Of a stretch of 64,000 bases of DNA, positions 29,778 through 39,593 are shown piece by piece. Position 1 is the first letter of the stretch; every line of letters starts with the position of its first letter. The stretch comes from a virus. Its lineage: Duplodnaviria; Caudoviricetes. The position numbers were made by a program, and so were the translations under genes. The notes beneath the pieces are model-generated. The model searched no databases. It was given only the letters and a program-made list of their open reading frames with translations, and had not been told where the DNA came from. The stretch covers positions 241,783 through 305,782 of IMG/VR virus record IMGVR_UViG_3300033498_000048; one strand, written 5' to 3'.

Positions 29778-30017
29778 TTACTCATCCATTACTTCCTGTA
29801 ACATTTTAATACCAGTTACCAATTTAAACTTCATAATTTCGTATTCACCTGGACTTAATTGTTTAGCATTTAATTCCAAATCAGTCAAGTTCAAATATAA
29901 TAAATCTAAATTGTATCTACTGTGATTTAATATCAATTCTGGATAACCATTCGTGTTACTTACAATCCACTTACTATGTAAAATGTTTAATAAATGTATA
30001 GTCCATAAATTTATCAT
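29778..30017 (-). CDS. Hypothetical protein
   Basis: 79-aa ORF. Confidence 0.45.
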   Translation of the reverse strand: MINLWTIHLLNILHSKWIVSNTNGYPELILNHSRYNLDLLYLNLTDLELNAKQLSPGEYEIMKFKLVTGIKMLQEVMDE

Positions 30018-30179
30018 TCACAATTCTATCTCGTCTTTATGTGCATATACCCGTTTTTTACCATCAATGGAAACTATTATATAATTTCCAGAACCATTAA
30101 ATGTTAATAACACCGTTACTGATTCACCTTGTTTAAATGTACCTTTAGTCCCATTTATTTCAACTAATACCTTTGCCAC
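30018..30179 (-). CDS. Small hypothetical protein
   Basis: Not in track; GTG start with AGGAG RBS; VAKVLVEINGTKGTFKQGESV..., 53 aa. Confidence 0.5.
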   Translation of the reverse strand: MAKVLVEINGTKGTFKQGESVTVLLTFNGSGNYIIVSIDGKKRVYAHKDEIEL

Positions 30180-30211
30180 TATTGCAGTCTCCTTAATTTT
30201 GTTATTTTATC

Positions 30212-30535
30212 CTAATTTAAAATCATTGATGGGTCTAAAAATGTACCATCATCATCTTCAACATCACAATACTCTGCTGGCATTATTATCACAAGGATTG
30301 TAGTATCGTGAATTATCTTTTCAAGTGGAATTTTAATAAATTGTTTATTTAGTATTGCTTGTTCCAATAGTTGTATCACTTTATGCCTATGTGATGTTGG
30401 AACATCATCTAAACTGGTTAAAATCTCATGAATCAATATCGGTTTCGATGTGTTCCAATATTTTAACCAAATCAAGATTACTAACATACAACAACAAATT
30501 ATTAAAGGTGGATTAGCTATTATCATATTCAACAT
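30212..30535 (-). CDS. Hypothetical protein with N-terminal TM
   Basis: 107 aa. Confidence 0.5.
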   Translation of the reverse strand: MLNMIIANPPLIICCCMLVILIWLKYWNTSKPILIHEILTSLDDVPTSHRHKVIQLLEQAILNKQFIKIPLEKIIHDTTILVIIMPAEYCDVEDDDGTFLDPSMILN

Positions 30536-30959
30536 AAGTAACGTCCTTTAAATGCTTATCTATTAATGTTGATATGTATCTCCAATCACCACCACCTAAG
30601 CCAGCTCCAATTTTCGGAATACCAATTCGCATATTTCCAAATTCTTTAGCAACAGCGATTAAACAATTCTCAATTGCAGTATAATTCGTTTTGGAGTGTT
30701 TTCCATTCCAATGATATTGTGTATAACAATTTACAATTGTTAATTCATGTTTATCTATATTTGCTAATGAATATGACCCCAACTTGGACTTATCACCTTT
30801 AATGGTTTTACAATCAGCTCGGTATGCTTTTGGAAACTCATTTTTTATTGTCAATGCAATTCCAGCCCCAAAATTACAAAAACAATTACATCCATGTAAT
30901 ATGACATCAAATTGTTTTTGTTTCGCTAATGTAATTAAATTCCCTTTGATAGTTTTCAT
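30513..30959 (-). CDS. Macrodomain (ADP-ribose-binding/hydrolase) protein
   Basis: IKGNL, HGCNCFCNFGAGIA, NCYTQY, PKIGAGLGGGDW. Confidence 0.9.
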   Translation of the reverse strand: MKTIKGNLITLAKQKQFDVILHGCNCFCNFGAGIALTIKNEFPKAYRADCKTIKGDKSKLGSYSLANIDKHELTIVNCYTQYHWNGKHSKTNYTAIENCLIAVAKEFGNMRIGIPKIGAGLGGGDWRYISTLIDKHLKDVTYVEYDNS

Positions 30960-31040
30960 TTTTAATGTTCACTCCCATTGATAATTCGTATTAAACGTAG
31001 ACAAGTAATAATCTATTTGCATTATATTCTCCATAGGTTA

Positions 31041-32435
31041 TTAACTTAAAATTGTACCTTGTTTGATTCCTAGTTCAATGGCTAACACTTCATCAAGAGT
31101 ATTGGCTTTGTTTTTATCGGGTCTTGATTCATCCCATCTAGGATGTAATAGTCCATATCCATCCTTTGACACTGATATACCAGAACATTCAACTTGTAAT
31201 ATGGTATCAATTAAGGAATCCATTTCATTAGTTATTTGTGTCATTAATTTTTCATTAATACCTGCTGCTGCTGCAACTAATTTACCATCTTCAGTTTCAA
31301 CTATAACAGAACTAATAACGTGTTCATTTTTAGTTCCCTTTGTTCCATATTTAAAACCTTTGATTTTCATATCAACAACAAAATCAAGTTTGAATTTAAT
31401 TTGATACGATGGTTTTCCATCTTTCCAAGCACCTGACAACCCTTTTAATATTGTACCTTCTTTCCCACTAGAAATCTTGTCTTGGAAATCAGCATTAGCT
31501 TCTTCCAACGATTTAACAACTTTTGAGTCAACTAATTTCAACTTAGGTGAATTTACTCTTGTTACAATGTCAGACAAAAGTTCAAATCGTTCTGAATAAG
31601 GTGTGGAACTATATGTCTTGTCATATTCGTCTAAAGTTATAATATCCCAACAAACATATACGATTTTAGATTGGGCATCTGAAATAGACATTCCATATTC
31701 TAATTCAAATTCAGAAATCTCTTTTACAACTGAAATTCCAGATGTAATCTTTTTATTAATTGAAATCACACTTGCAATTATTCCATTTGAAGTGTAACGT
31801 GAAATCCCTTCGATTATCAATTCACCATTAAGCACGATGTTATCAACAAACTTTGTTAAAAAATCGAATTGATTGCCTATTAGGGTTTCTTCGCCTCCAC
31901 GACTTTCAATCAATACATCGTTAGGTGTTACAATACAATTTCCATATCGTCCATCTATTTTCTCTTGACTGACAGCTCCTTGTTTGTCGTTTTTAATAAG
32001 GTTTAGAATCTTTTTAACATTGTATGGAATTGCACCCATATATGGAGTTTCTTCTATTAAATCTTTCCAAACCTTATTTACTATTGATACACCAACACCA
32101 CATTTCAAATCACCTTTAATAATCAATTCCAGCACCTGAGCATCGTCTGAACTAACAGATGCTAATAGTGTGTGAAGATGTGCTAGTGCTTCATTTCCAG
32201 TCTTTTGTCTTGAACTTAAAACATTTAATTCAGACATAGCATATTTTAATGAAATTGGATTAGTTAAGGTTCCAGCAACATATTCTGGAACCTTTCTAAT
32301 ATAAAACTTAATCCGTGGACTTAAGGCTAAATAAACAACTTCTTTAAGTAGCTCATTATTAACTTCAAGCTGAACCCTAGCAAGTTTTTTCTTAATTGAA
32401 CTTATCGACTTTAACTCTTTAAATATTTGTAACAT
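31041..32435 (-). CDS. gp30: ATP-dependent DNA ligase gp30
   Basis: QEKIDGRY (KxDG), LNGEL, EGTILK, IKFK, LHPRW, RPDK. Confidence 0.95.
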   Translation of the reverse strand: MLQIFKELKSISSIKKKLARVQLEVNNELLKEVVYLALSPRIKFYIRKVPEYVAGTLTNPISLKYAMSELNVLSSRQKTGNEALAHLHTLLASVSSDDAQVLELIIKGDLKCGVGVSIVNKVWKDLIEETPYMGAIPYNVKKILNLIKNDKQGAVSQEKIDGRYGNCIVTPNDVLIESRGGEETLIGNQFDFLTKFVDNIVLNGELIIEGISRYTSNGIIASVISINKKITSGISVVKEISEFELEYGMSISDAQSKIVYVCWDIITLDEYDKTYSSTPYSERFELLSDIVTRVNSPKLKLVDSKVVKSLEEANADFQDKISSGKEGTILKGLSGAWKDGKPSYQIKFKLDFVVDMKIKGFKYGTKGTKNEHVISSVIVETEDGKLVAAAAGINEKLMTQITNEMDSLIDTILQVECSGISVSKDGYGLLHPRWDESRPDKNKANTLDEVLAIELGIKQGTILS

Positions 32436-32591
32436 ATTATTATCCTTTATTGTAAAATCTAACTCTTTTGTGTGAGTCTAACCATCTACATACAAACTTC
32501 CAGAAATACCAGATGTATGCTTCTTTAATTTCCTGCATATTTACTTCGACAAAGAAGATGAATGTTTGTTACTGTTTTCCATTATGATTAC

Positions 32592-32963
32592 CTAATTTAA
32601 ATGTTGTTGTTGTGTTAATAAGATTATTTCACATTTGATGACTTTATATCTTAGGCTCGTAAACATATCAACGGATTGCCTAGCCAACTTAGCAGTTTGA
32701 CTAATCGACTCTAATATTACATTACCACTAAGCTTGTGGACTACACAATATAAATTTCTAGCTAATATGGTTGGAGTTTTGTGTTGGTTGTTCCATGATT
32801 TATATTCAATTGGTATGAATAATTGTAATCCAACCTTAACAACATTGCTCGTATGTGCAAAACACGTTTTTTTATGTTTTGATATTGAATTTAATATTGG
32901 GTATGAAACTTCATTCAATGCACAATAACACTGTATAGGGTCTATATATTGTTTTAATTCCAT
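32592..32963 (-). CDS. Hypothetical protein
   Basis: Start moved to MELKQY because the track start (33026) lies in the -35 box of a consensus promoter. Confidence 0.5.
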   Translation of the reverse strand: MELKQYIDPIQCYCALNEVSYPILNSISKHKKTCFAHTSNVVKVGLQLFIPIEYKSWNNQHKTPTILARNLYCVVHKLSGNVILESISQTAKLARQSVDMFTSLRYKVIKCEIILLTQQQHLN

Positions 32964-32997
32964 TTCAAATCCTAAAATACTATTATGTAAATGGTGT

Positions 32998-33026
32998 ATT
33001 ATAATAGCACAATGTACAAATGTCAA
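32998..33026 (-). promoter_or_regulatory. Consensus sigma70-type early promoter
   Basis: TTGACA-N17-TATAAT, 33 bp from repeat array. Confidence 0.8.
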
Positions 33027-33059
33027 AATATATTTTTAACACATCAAGTCGTGGAAGAA

Positions 33060-33339
33060 TCAATAAGTTAGCCCTTACAGGTGTTGGTTAATTAGTAAAC
33101 GGTTCCAAGTGCTAGCTTGTTGATATTGTTAATGTTTATTATACTCAATTATATCAATAAGTTAGCACTTGGAACGTGGTATTAGATATATAACCGATGC
33201 AAGTGCTAAGTCATTGATTCTTAATAATTGACAGTAAAAATTTAGCACTTATGGAGTGGCATTAGTTACATAACTGTTCCAAGTGCTAACCTGTTGACAT
33301 TATTAGGACACAATCATTACCAGTTAAATCAATAAGTTA
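33060..33339. repeat. Palindromic repeat array (locus 3)
   Basis: Units 33060-33123, 33154-33217, about 33242-33297; half-site 33329. Confidence 0.95.
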
Positions 33340-33362
33340 TAGCATTGTAGCAAGTATTTGGT

Positions 33363-33962
33363 TCACATATTCCAAGCATCTTTATTAGTACCACCTTTCC
33401 ATCGTTGGGTTGGAAGAAATGCAACTATTTCAAATGATTCATCTGGAATATTAACAAACTTTGATTTTATGTGGTCGAGTCTATATGAATGTAGTGCGTG
33501 TTCAAAGAATTTAACTTCTGACATTTTTCTTAAAATTGACCACGATAATGATTTTTTTGCTTTTAGGTTTATGATAGCCATTAATGCCTTGGCTCTAATG
33601 ACTGGAGCTAAATAATGGAAATTTAGTCCAACCATAATAGGTACACCTTGTTTAGATGTGTATGCTCCACATGGAATAACTAAAGGTAATGTGTCGTATA
33701 TGTTTAGTTTGTCTTTCCATTTTGGGTCATATTGAAACAAAACCATATCCCCTGGATTAAACTTATTAGTAACTAAATTACTATCTTGTAATAGCCTAGG
33801 TAAACGAACACTCTTATAGTTTTTTGATATGAAATTCCTAAACCAGTCCATCGACTCATCCGTATTTCTTTTCTGTTTAGTTGGATTCAAATCAAAAAAC
33901 TTTTGTTCTAACCGTTTAACTAAATCAATTTCTGTTCCTGTTGTGTTTTTTATATTTGCCAT
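33363..33962 (-). CDS. gp2: DNA end protector protein gp2
   Basis: SMDWF, GDMVLFQYDPKWK...YDTLPLVI...GLNFHYL...R...HSY...LPTQRW. Confidence 0.9.
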   Translation of the reverse strand: MANIKNTTGTEIDLVKRLEQKFFDLNPTKQKRNTDESMDWFRNFISKNYKSVRLPRLLQDSNLVTNKFNPGDMVLFQYDPKWKDKLNIYDTLPLVIPCGAYTSKQGVPIMVGLNFHYLAPVIRAKALMAIINLKAKKSLSWSILRKMSEVKFFEHALHSYRLDHIKSKFVNIPDESFEIVAFLPTQRWKGGTNKDAWNM

Positions 33963-33976
33963 GATGTTAAAAAATG

Positions 33977-34004
33977 TTGACGTTTAAAAAAATGTGTGTA
34001 TACT
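33977..34004 (+). promoter_or_regulatory. Early promoter (extended -10)
   Basis: TTGACG-N16-TATACT with TGTG upstream of -10. Confidence 0.6.
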
Positions 34005-34045
34005 GAAGTCCACAATTAAGTAAACCACATAACAGAAGATAAATC

Positions 34046-34342
34046 ATGTACTATAAATTTACAAATCCTACTAAAAAACACACATTGATAATTGAAGCTA
34101 AATCTAAACTACAAGCCATGGCAAAAGCTGAATCACATGGCGAGGTATTTGAATCAACAAGTGAAGTGTGTGATTATGATTGTAGTTCTACTGACACAAT
34201 AGGTTTTGAATATGTGGATGGATTTATTGAAGAAGTCCATTCTAACAAACCAAAATTGCGTGATTTTATAATAAAAGGTTATTGTGAAACTGTATCACTA
34301 ATTCCATTAAACGGTACACGCATATACACTGAAAAACTTTAA
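34046..34342 (+). CDS. Hypothetical protein
   Basis: 98 aa after early promoter. Confidence 0.55.
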   Translation: MYYKFTNPTKKHTLIIEAKSKLQAMAKAESHGEVFESTSEVCDYDCSSTDTIGFEYVDGFIEEVHSNKPKLRDFIIKGYCETVSLIPLNGTRIYTEKL

Positions 34343-34393
34343 TTGGTCCAATAAAATAGGGAGCTACTATATTGACTTAGTAGCTCCCATTTA

Positions 34394-35350
34394 TTATATT
34401 TCAATTGGACCAACAACTTCTGGTTTATACATACTACCTTCTGGTCCATAAGCAACAATATCATAAACCTTGTCTTTTGTTCCATAAAATTCCCAATATG
34501 CCGAGCTATCGGGAACAATTTTATGTGTTTTTCCATCTGGTAATTCTCGAATCAATACTACACTTGCTGGACTGTATGGGTGTGTACTATCTTTTGCAAT
34601 TCCAGATAACATCTCATTATATGCTGATAGCGTGTATATGGTATTAACACAACTTAATCCCACGTCAAAATCGAACATAACCACGTCTTTAAACAACGAA
34701 GTTGAATTAGCTATAGTAGCATCAAGACTCTTACCAATATGGCAATAGGGGCGATTTAACGCAGCTATTTGTGCAATATTGATGGTATTGTCTTCAATCA
34801 ATATTCCATTTAGGTAAACTGAAAACTTATTAGTTGTTGGATTTAACGTAAGAGCAATGTGATACCATGTGTTGTCTAATAAATTCACAATTGAGGTAAT
34901 TGATAAATCACCATAAATTAAATTTGTTAGTCTACAAAATATTGTATTATAATTGGTGTCTTTAATTATATCAATTGAGTTTTGTATTCCATTGGAATCT
35001 GATGTCAATGAAAATAAACAATATTGATAATCCCTAGATGATATGTCTTTACTATTAAACCAAAACATGATAGTAATTCCAGTTGAATTGATGTTATTTA
35101 ACAAATTATTAGTTGGAATTGTTAAATAACTATTAATAGATTTTTCTAAAAATAATCCACCGAATTGTGTATTCGCATTGCTTTTAGGAATTGTAGTTAA
35201 TGTTGCGTCATGTCCGTTAAAACCTTCATCCATGATATTAGTTGATAAGTCCCCTTGCAATCGGTAAAAAACAACAGGCTTATTAACCAAAACCTGTTGT
35301 TTTACTGGACTACAATTCCTAGCAAAAGGACTTTGTGTTAGTTGTATCAT
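34394..35350 (-). CDS. LamG/concanavalin-A-like domain virion protein
   Basis: ITIMFWFN...NTWYHIALT...SVYLNG...IGKS...FKDV. Confidence 0.8.
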   Translation of the reverse strand: MIQLTQSPFARNCSPVKQQVLVNKPVVFYRLQGDLSTNIMDEGFNGHDATLTTIPKSNANTQFGGLFLEKSINSYLTIPTNNLLNNINSTGITIMFWFNSKDISSRDYQYCLFSLTSDSNGIQNSIDIIKDTNYNTIFCRLTNLIYGDLSITSIVNLLDNTWYHIALTLNPTTNKFSVYLNGILIEDNTINIAQIAALNRPYCHIGKSLDATIANSTSLFKDVVMFDFDVGLSCVNTIYTLSAYNEMLSGIAKDSTHPYSPASVVLIRELPDGKTHKIVPDSSAYWEFYGTKDKVYDIVAYGPEGSMYKPEVVGPIEI

Positions 35351-35827
35351 TTAAACATCTTTCACGAAATCTTCTATCCAATCTAGTCCTAAGCTTGGAT
35401 AATTCACTTCTATATTCTTTTTAATTAAACTTAAAGTTTCTCCTGATTTAGTTAATTTTTTAACATCCTTTTTTGCAGCATTTAATAACTTATAGTTTAC
35501 TCCACCATTGTAGCTGTTTACAATTTCTTTTAATGATTGTTCCATTCTATTTTTTATAGATTTAGTACAGTTTTTTTGGTGTTTAATAATTGTTTGTTGT
35601 AGTGATTTTAGTTGTGTTATACACATATCATCAACGCGATTTGGATATGTTAAAAAATATCCAAATCGCCCTTGCTCACTATCAAATAAAAATAACACCA
35701 ATTCAACCGATGTTAGTGTTTCAGTGTTTAGGATTGATATTATGGAACGGCATGACATTCCTGTTTTTATATAAGTTTTCATGTAACCCAAGGATTCGAT
35801 TAATTGTGGAACTAGACTTACATCCAA
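35351..35827 (-). CDS. Hypothetical protein, paralog of 36511-36822
   Basis: ETLTSVELVLFLFD...F.YFL..P...DD..I.QLK.LQQT.IK.Q.NCT shared. Confidence 0.65.
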   Translation of the reverse strand: MDVSLVPQLIESLGYMKTYIKTGMSCRSIISILNTETLTSVELVLFLFDSEQGRFGYFLTYPNRVDDMCITQLKSLQQTIIKHQKNCTKSIKNRMEQSLKEIVNSYNGGVNYKLLNAAKKDVKKLTKSGETLSLIKKNIEVNYPSLGLDWIEDFVKDV

Positions 35828-35862
35828 TATAAACCATGTAAGTCTTTAGTTGAGTTATTGTG

Positions 35863-36159
35863 TTATTTAATTACCGTTGATATAGCTCGCTCAAAAGCTG
35901 ATTTGAAATTATCAAAATTGTCTAAAAACTCTTTAGTTTTACCTTTATCTGGCTTTCCATTTGAATAGAAATGTAATGAATCAGATGATGGAATACTATC
36001 GAATATGTCAACTTGGTTAATTGATGTTAATGATATTAAGTAATCAAAAAACGGTTGTACCATATCGTCCGTAAGTTGTGAATCTATTTTATCCCAACTG
36101 TTACGAATCCAATTAGAAATGTGGTCAAAGTCTGATAGTTGTGGATTATCTGTTGTCAT
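35863..36159 (-). CDS. Hypothetical acidic protein
   Basis: 98 aa, GAGG RBS. Confidence 0.55.
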   Translation of the reverse strand: MTTDNPQLSDFDHISNWIRNSWDKIDSQLTDDMVQPFFDYLISLTSINQVDIFDSIPSSDSLHFYSNGKPDKGKTKEFLDNFDNFKSAFERAISTVIK

Positions 36160-36182
36160 GTTTAAGTCCTCATTGTTTATTA

Positions 36183-36414
36183 TTAAAGCGTGTGTTGTAT
36201 CGCAGTTAATTTTGAAATATCATAGTCGATATAATCTTTGTTACTTCCAAGGTAAAGTTTACTCACTCCAGCACCTATCAACCTCGCATACACTTTTAAT
36301 ACAGATTTTTCGTCTCCGTTTGTTGGGATATACACGTTTAACCATGAGTTTTTCAATCACAAGATTTCCAATAGAAGGTTGGTGATTGATAACAACTGTG
36401 TCATTGCGTTTCAT
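36183..36414 (-). pseudogene. Possible frameshifted small gene
   Basis: MKRNDTVVINHQ...RVY; removing one C of CCC (about 36326) extends it to PTNGDEKSVLKVYARLIGAG...QHTL. Confidence 0.35.
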
Positions 36415-36510
36415 AATAAATTCTCACTTTGTGTCGATTTTCGATGGAACAAATTATAATGATATTCAAAACTAAAGTCAAACTATTTATTATAAACAAG
36501 TCTAACAAAA

Positions 36511-36822
36511 TTAGGTGTTATAGTTAGATTCAATTTCAGCTAAGGCTTTTTTCATTTGCCGTTTAATTGCAGGAGTGCAATTTGGTTGATATTTGATAAC
36601 AGTTTGTTGTAATACTTTTAATTGTTCTATTACTTTGTCATCGGTAATATCAGGATTCACTAAAAAGTATTCAAATTGTCCTGAAGCATCATCAAATAAG
36701 AATGAATCCAACTCACCTGTTGATAAAGTTTCAGATTTTAGTATTGAATTTATCTTTTCAACTGACATTCCAGGTTTTATAATGGTTTCAGATTCACTTA
36801 AGAATTGTCCAAATGTTTTCAT
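36511..36822 (-). CDS. Putative internal virion protein
   Basis: MKTFGQFLSES leader closely resembles T4 IP capsid-targeting sequences. Confidence 0.7.
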   Translation of the reverse strand: MKTFGQFLSESETIIKPGMSVEKINSILKSETLSTGELDSFLFDDASGQFEYFLVNPDITDDKVIEQLKVLQQTVIKYQPNCTPAIKRQMKKALAEIESNYNT

Positions 36823-36831
36823 GTTTATTCC

Positions 36832-37533
36832 TTATTTGTTATAAAATGGGTTATCGTCAATTTCACTTAAAGGGTTTTCTTTAAGCATACTTTTAACCAT
36901 GTCTAATATCTTTGTATCCAAATGGTTTTTTAACCAAGGGTTAGATGTCATATTTATAGACGAGTCAACATTCATATCCATCAACTTTTGTATTTTTTTA
37001 TTGGCTTCTTGTCCCAATTCGTTAATGATAACATCGTCTAACTTTTTAACACCTTGATAAATTGCATTAGAAATATCATTAAACGAATCAGCTCGTGATA
37101 ACCAAGACATTCTTCTTGAAAATTCACGTTCAGCTTTCCCAGTTTCAGTGTTAATAGACCATTGTGGAACTGAACCATTATTTATTCTACGCAATATTTC
37201 AACTCGGTCTTTTTGAACTTTAACAGCGTTTTCCCATATTGTTGGATAATCACGTCTTAATTCAGATATATCATCTTGTTGGACTAATGCAATAATAGCT
37301 TGCATTTTATCGAAAATTATTTTATCAATTTCAACCTTTTCAGGTGATTCTTGATATATGTCTTGTTTTATTTTATTGATTTTTTTATGTAAACTGGGAT
37401 TACCTCCAGCTAAGATGTTTCCATCATGGTCAACATATATTGACCCACCTCTGCCCATTCGTTTCCAAGTTCCACCAGATAATGCCTTTTGGTCAGCCTC
37501 TGACAAAACCATAAAATCTTTAATGCTTATCAT
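36832..37533 (-). CDS. Putative internal virion protein
   Basis: MISIKDFMVLSEA leader; GTW...GSIYVDHDGNILAG motif. Confidence 0.6.
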   Translation of the reverse strand: MISIKDFMVLSEADQKALSGGTWKRMGRGGSIYVDHDGNILAGGNPSLHKKINKIKQDIYQESPEKVEIDKIIFDKMQAIIALVQQDDISELRRDYPTIWENAVKVQKDRVEILRRINNGSVPQWSINTETGKAEREFSRRMSWLSRADSFNDISNAIYQGVKKLDDVIINELGQEANKKIQKLMDMNVDSSINMTSNPWLKNHLDTKILDMVKSMLKENPLSEIDDNPFYNK

Positions 37534-37668
37534 ATTAATTTATCCTATATTATGGTTGGTTTTGTTGTATTTATTATATTTGAATACTAGGCTATAGAGT
37601 CATTTATTACTAATGGTCCAGTTTCTTTTCGTATCATCATGGACATTAGATTCAACTTAGATACGACT

Positions 37669-37742
37669 CATCTTATGTCCAGTGTGTTATATTAAGTTTA
37701 GTATAAATACAAGAAATCAAATAACACACTGGACATAAGATG
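37669..37742 (+). promoter_or_regulatory. 22-bp perfect inverted repeat sequestering RBS/ATG with late promoter in the loop
   Basis: catcttatgtccagtgtgttat (37669-37690) / ataacacactggacataagatg (37721-37742); TATAAATA at 37702-37709. Confidence 0.8.
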
Positions 37743-38543
37743 GCAAAATTAATAAACGACAAGTATTACACTCCATTAGAATTGGCTCAATATTGTATAG
37801 ATAAAACGCATCAAATTATAGGGAATAAAAATATCACTGAATATATTGAACCATCAGCTGGAAATGGGTCATTTAGTTTATTATTACCTGATTGTATTGC
37901 ATTTGATATTGAACCTGAGCATCCATCAATTATCAAACAAGACTTTTTAATGATTGATATACCACATAAATCTGGACGATGTGTTATTGGGAATCCTCCA
38001 TTTGGAAAAAACAATTTATTATATAGGAGGTTTTGTGATAAAAGCTTTAATATTGCTGATTATGTTGCTTACATTTTACCTATCAGTCAATATAATAACA
38101 GAAATCTAATTTACAAATTTGATTTAATTTATAGTGAAAAGCTTAATCAGGTGTTGTTTAGTTCGGCTAAACAAGTTCCAGTTTGTTTTAACATTTATAA
38201 AAGACCATTAAGTGGAATTTACAATAAACGTCCTAAATTATACCACAAATATATTAAGTTTATATATAAAACTAGGCACTCGAACGAAATCATCAATGAT
38301 TTTGATGTGATAATATGTGCATGGGGGAGTAATGTTGGTAAACCAATAACAGATTTAAATGCTCCTAGATGGACATCAAGTATGTACATTAAATTTATTG
38401 ATGGACTAGATACTTCAATTAAAAGCAAACTAATAGAATCAATATCAAATGTTGATTGGAAACTCAAATATAGTATGCCTAGAAATGGGTCAATATCATA
38501 TTGGCATATTTATAATTATCTAAATGAAATTGTTAAGGAGTAA
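37740..38543 (+). CDS. N6-adenine DNA methyltransferase
   Basis: DKYYTP, IEPSAGNGSF (motif I), VIGNPPFG (motif IV). Confidence 0.85.
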   Translation: MAKLINDKYYTPLELAQYCIDKTHQIIGNKNITEYIEPSAGNGSFSLLLPDCIAFDIEPEHPSIIKQDFLMIDIPHKSGRCVIGNPPFGKNNLLYRRFCDKSFNIADYVAYILPISQYNNRNLIYKFDLIYSEKLNQVLFSSAKQVPVCFNIYKRPLSGIYNKRPKLYHKYIKFIYKTRHSNEIINDFDVIICAWGSNVGKPITDLNAPRWTSSMYIKFIDGLDTSIKSKLIESISNVDWKLKYSMPRNGSISYWHIYNYLNEIVKE

Positions 38544-38549
38544 CATTAT

Positions 38550-39038
38550 ATGGCTAAAAGAAAAACAGCACAAGATAAAGAAGCTGAATACCAAAACAAC
38601 CCTTGGATGTTTAATAATGAACCGTTCAATGATTGCAAACAATATGCTGGATTTGTTTATGAAATAATAGACTTAGAAACCAGTAAACGCTATATTGGAA
38701 AAAAGTTTTTTTGGAGTATGAAACGGGTTCCAGGTAGAAAAAACCGAATCACTGTAGAATCTACATGGAGAGAATATTATAGTTCCAGTGTTGAGATTAA
38801 GGCACTGGTTAAAGAATTTGGAAAAGCTAGATTTAAGCGAACCATATTATCAATACACGAATTAGAAAGGGATGTTAATTATGAAGAAACAAGGCAATTA
38901 TATACTAAAAAGGTATTATCAGAAGTGAATGGTGATGGTGAATTGGTTTATTATAATGGAAACATTGAAGGTAAACGATTTTCTAATCTTTGTATTGGAA
39001 TAGAAAATCGTAGTTTATTTGCAATGGAAGCAATTTAA
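38550..39038 (+). CDS. GIY-YIG family nuclease
   Basis: GFVYEIID...RYIGKK...W..YYSSS...RTIL...E...YYNGNI. Confidence 0.8.
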   Translation: MAKRKTAQDKEAEYQNNPWMFNNEPFNDCKQYAGFVYEIIDLETSKRYIGKKFFWSMKRVPGRKNRITVESTWREYYSSSVEIKALVKEFGKARFKRTILSIHELERDVNYEETRQLYTKKVLSEVNGDGELVYYNGNIEGKRFSNLCIGIENRSLFAMEAI

Positions 39039-39052
39039 TAAAGTTTTTATTA

Positions 39053-39289
39053 TTAGTCCACAATAAAAGATATGTTATCATAGCCACTAAAATGGTGTAA
39101 CTTTGGAAACACCGAAATGGTAAACCAACAACCAAACTCAAAGTAGTCGTTCATCATTTTGTCTTTAGAACACCCAAATTTATTCTTTACATTAACACCA
39201 GTTGATAAATCCAAACTCGTAGAGGTAAATTCGCACCCATTACTAGAAGTGTGTTGGATAACAATTATTGATTTTATAGATGTGGACAT
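39053..39289 (-). CDS. Hypothetical early protein
   Basis: AAGGA RBS, consensus promoter upstream. Confidence 0.55.
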   Translation of the reverse strand: MSTSIKSIIVIQHTSSNGCEFTSTSLDLSTGVNVKNKFGCSKDKMMNDYFEFGCWFTISVFPKLHHFSGYDNISFIVD

Positions 39290-39321
39290 AATGATTCCTT
39301 TAAGTTCTCAATGATGGTTAT

Positions 39322-39350
39322 ACTATAATGTGTTGGAGTTATAATGTCAA
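39322..39350 (-). promoter_or_regulatory. sigma70-type early promoter
   Basis: TTGACA-N17-TATAGT; -35 box abuts repeat arm at 39351. Confidence 0.75.
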
Positions 39351-39589
39351 TCAATATGTTAGCATTTGCAACGGTTAAGTAACTAACACATTCATTGATT
39401 GTGTTGTCATAAATACTTGCTGTAATAGAATCAATGAGTTAGCACTTGGAGCTATTACATAATTAATAACAATGTCCAAGTGCTAACTCATTGATAGTTA
39501 TACTATTCACATCAATTATGAAAAATCAATGGGTTAGCACTTGGAACTATCATATAATTACTAACACGCTGCAAGTGCTAACTTATTGA
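39351..39589. repeat. Palindromic repeat array (locus 4)
   Basis: Half-site 39351; units 39431-39494, 39526-39589. Confidence 0.95.
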
Positions 39590-39593
39590 TAGG

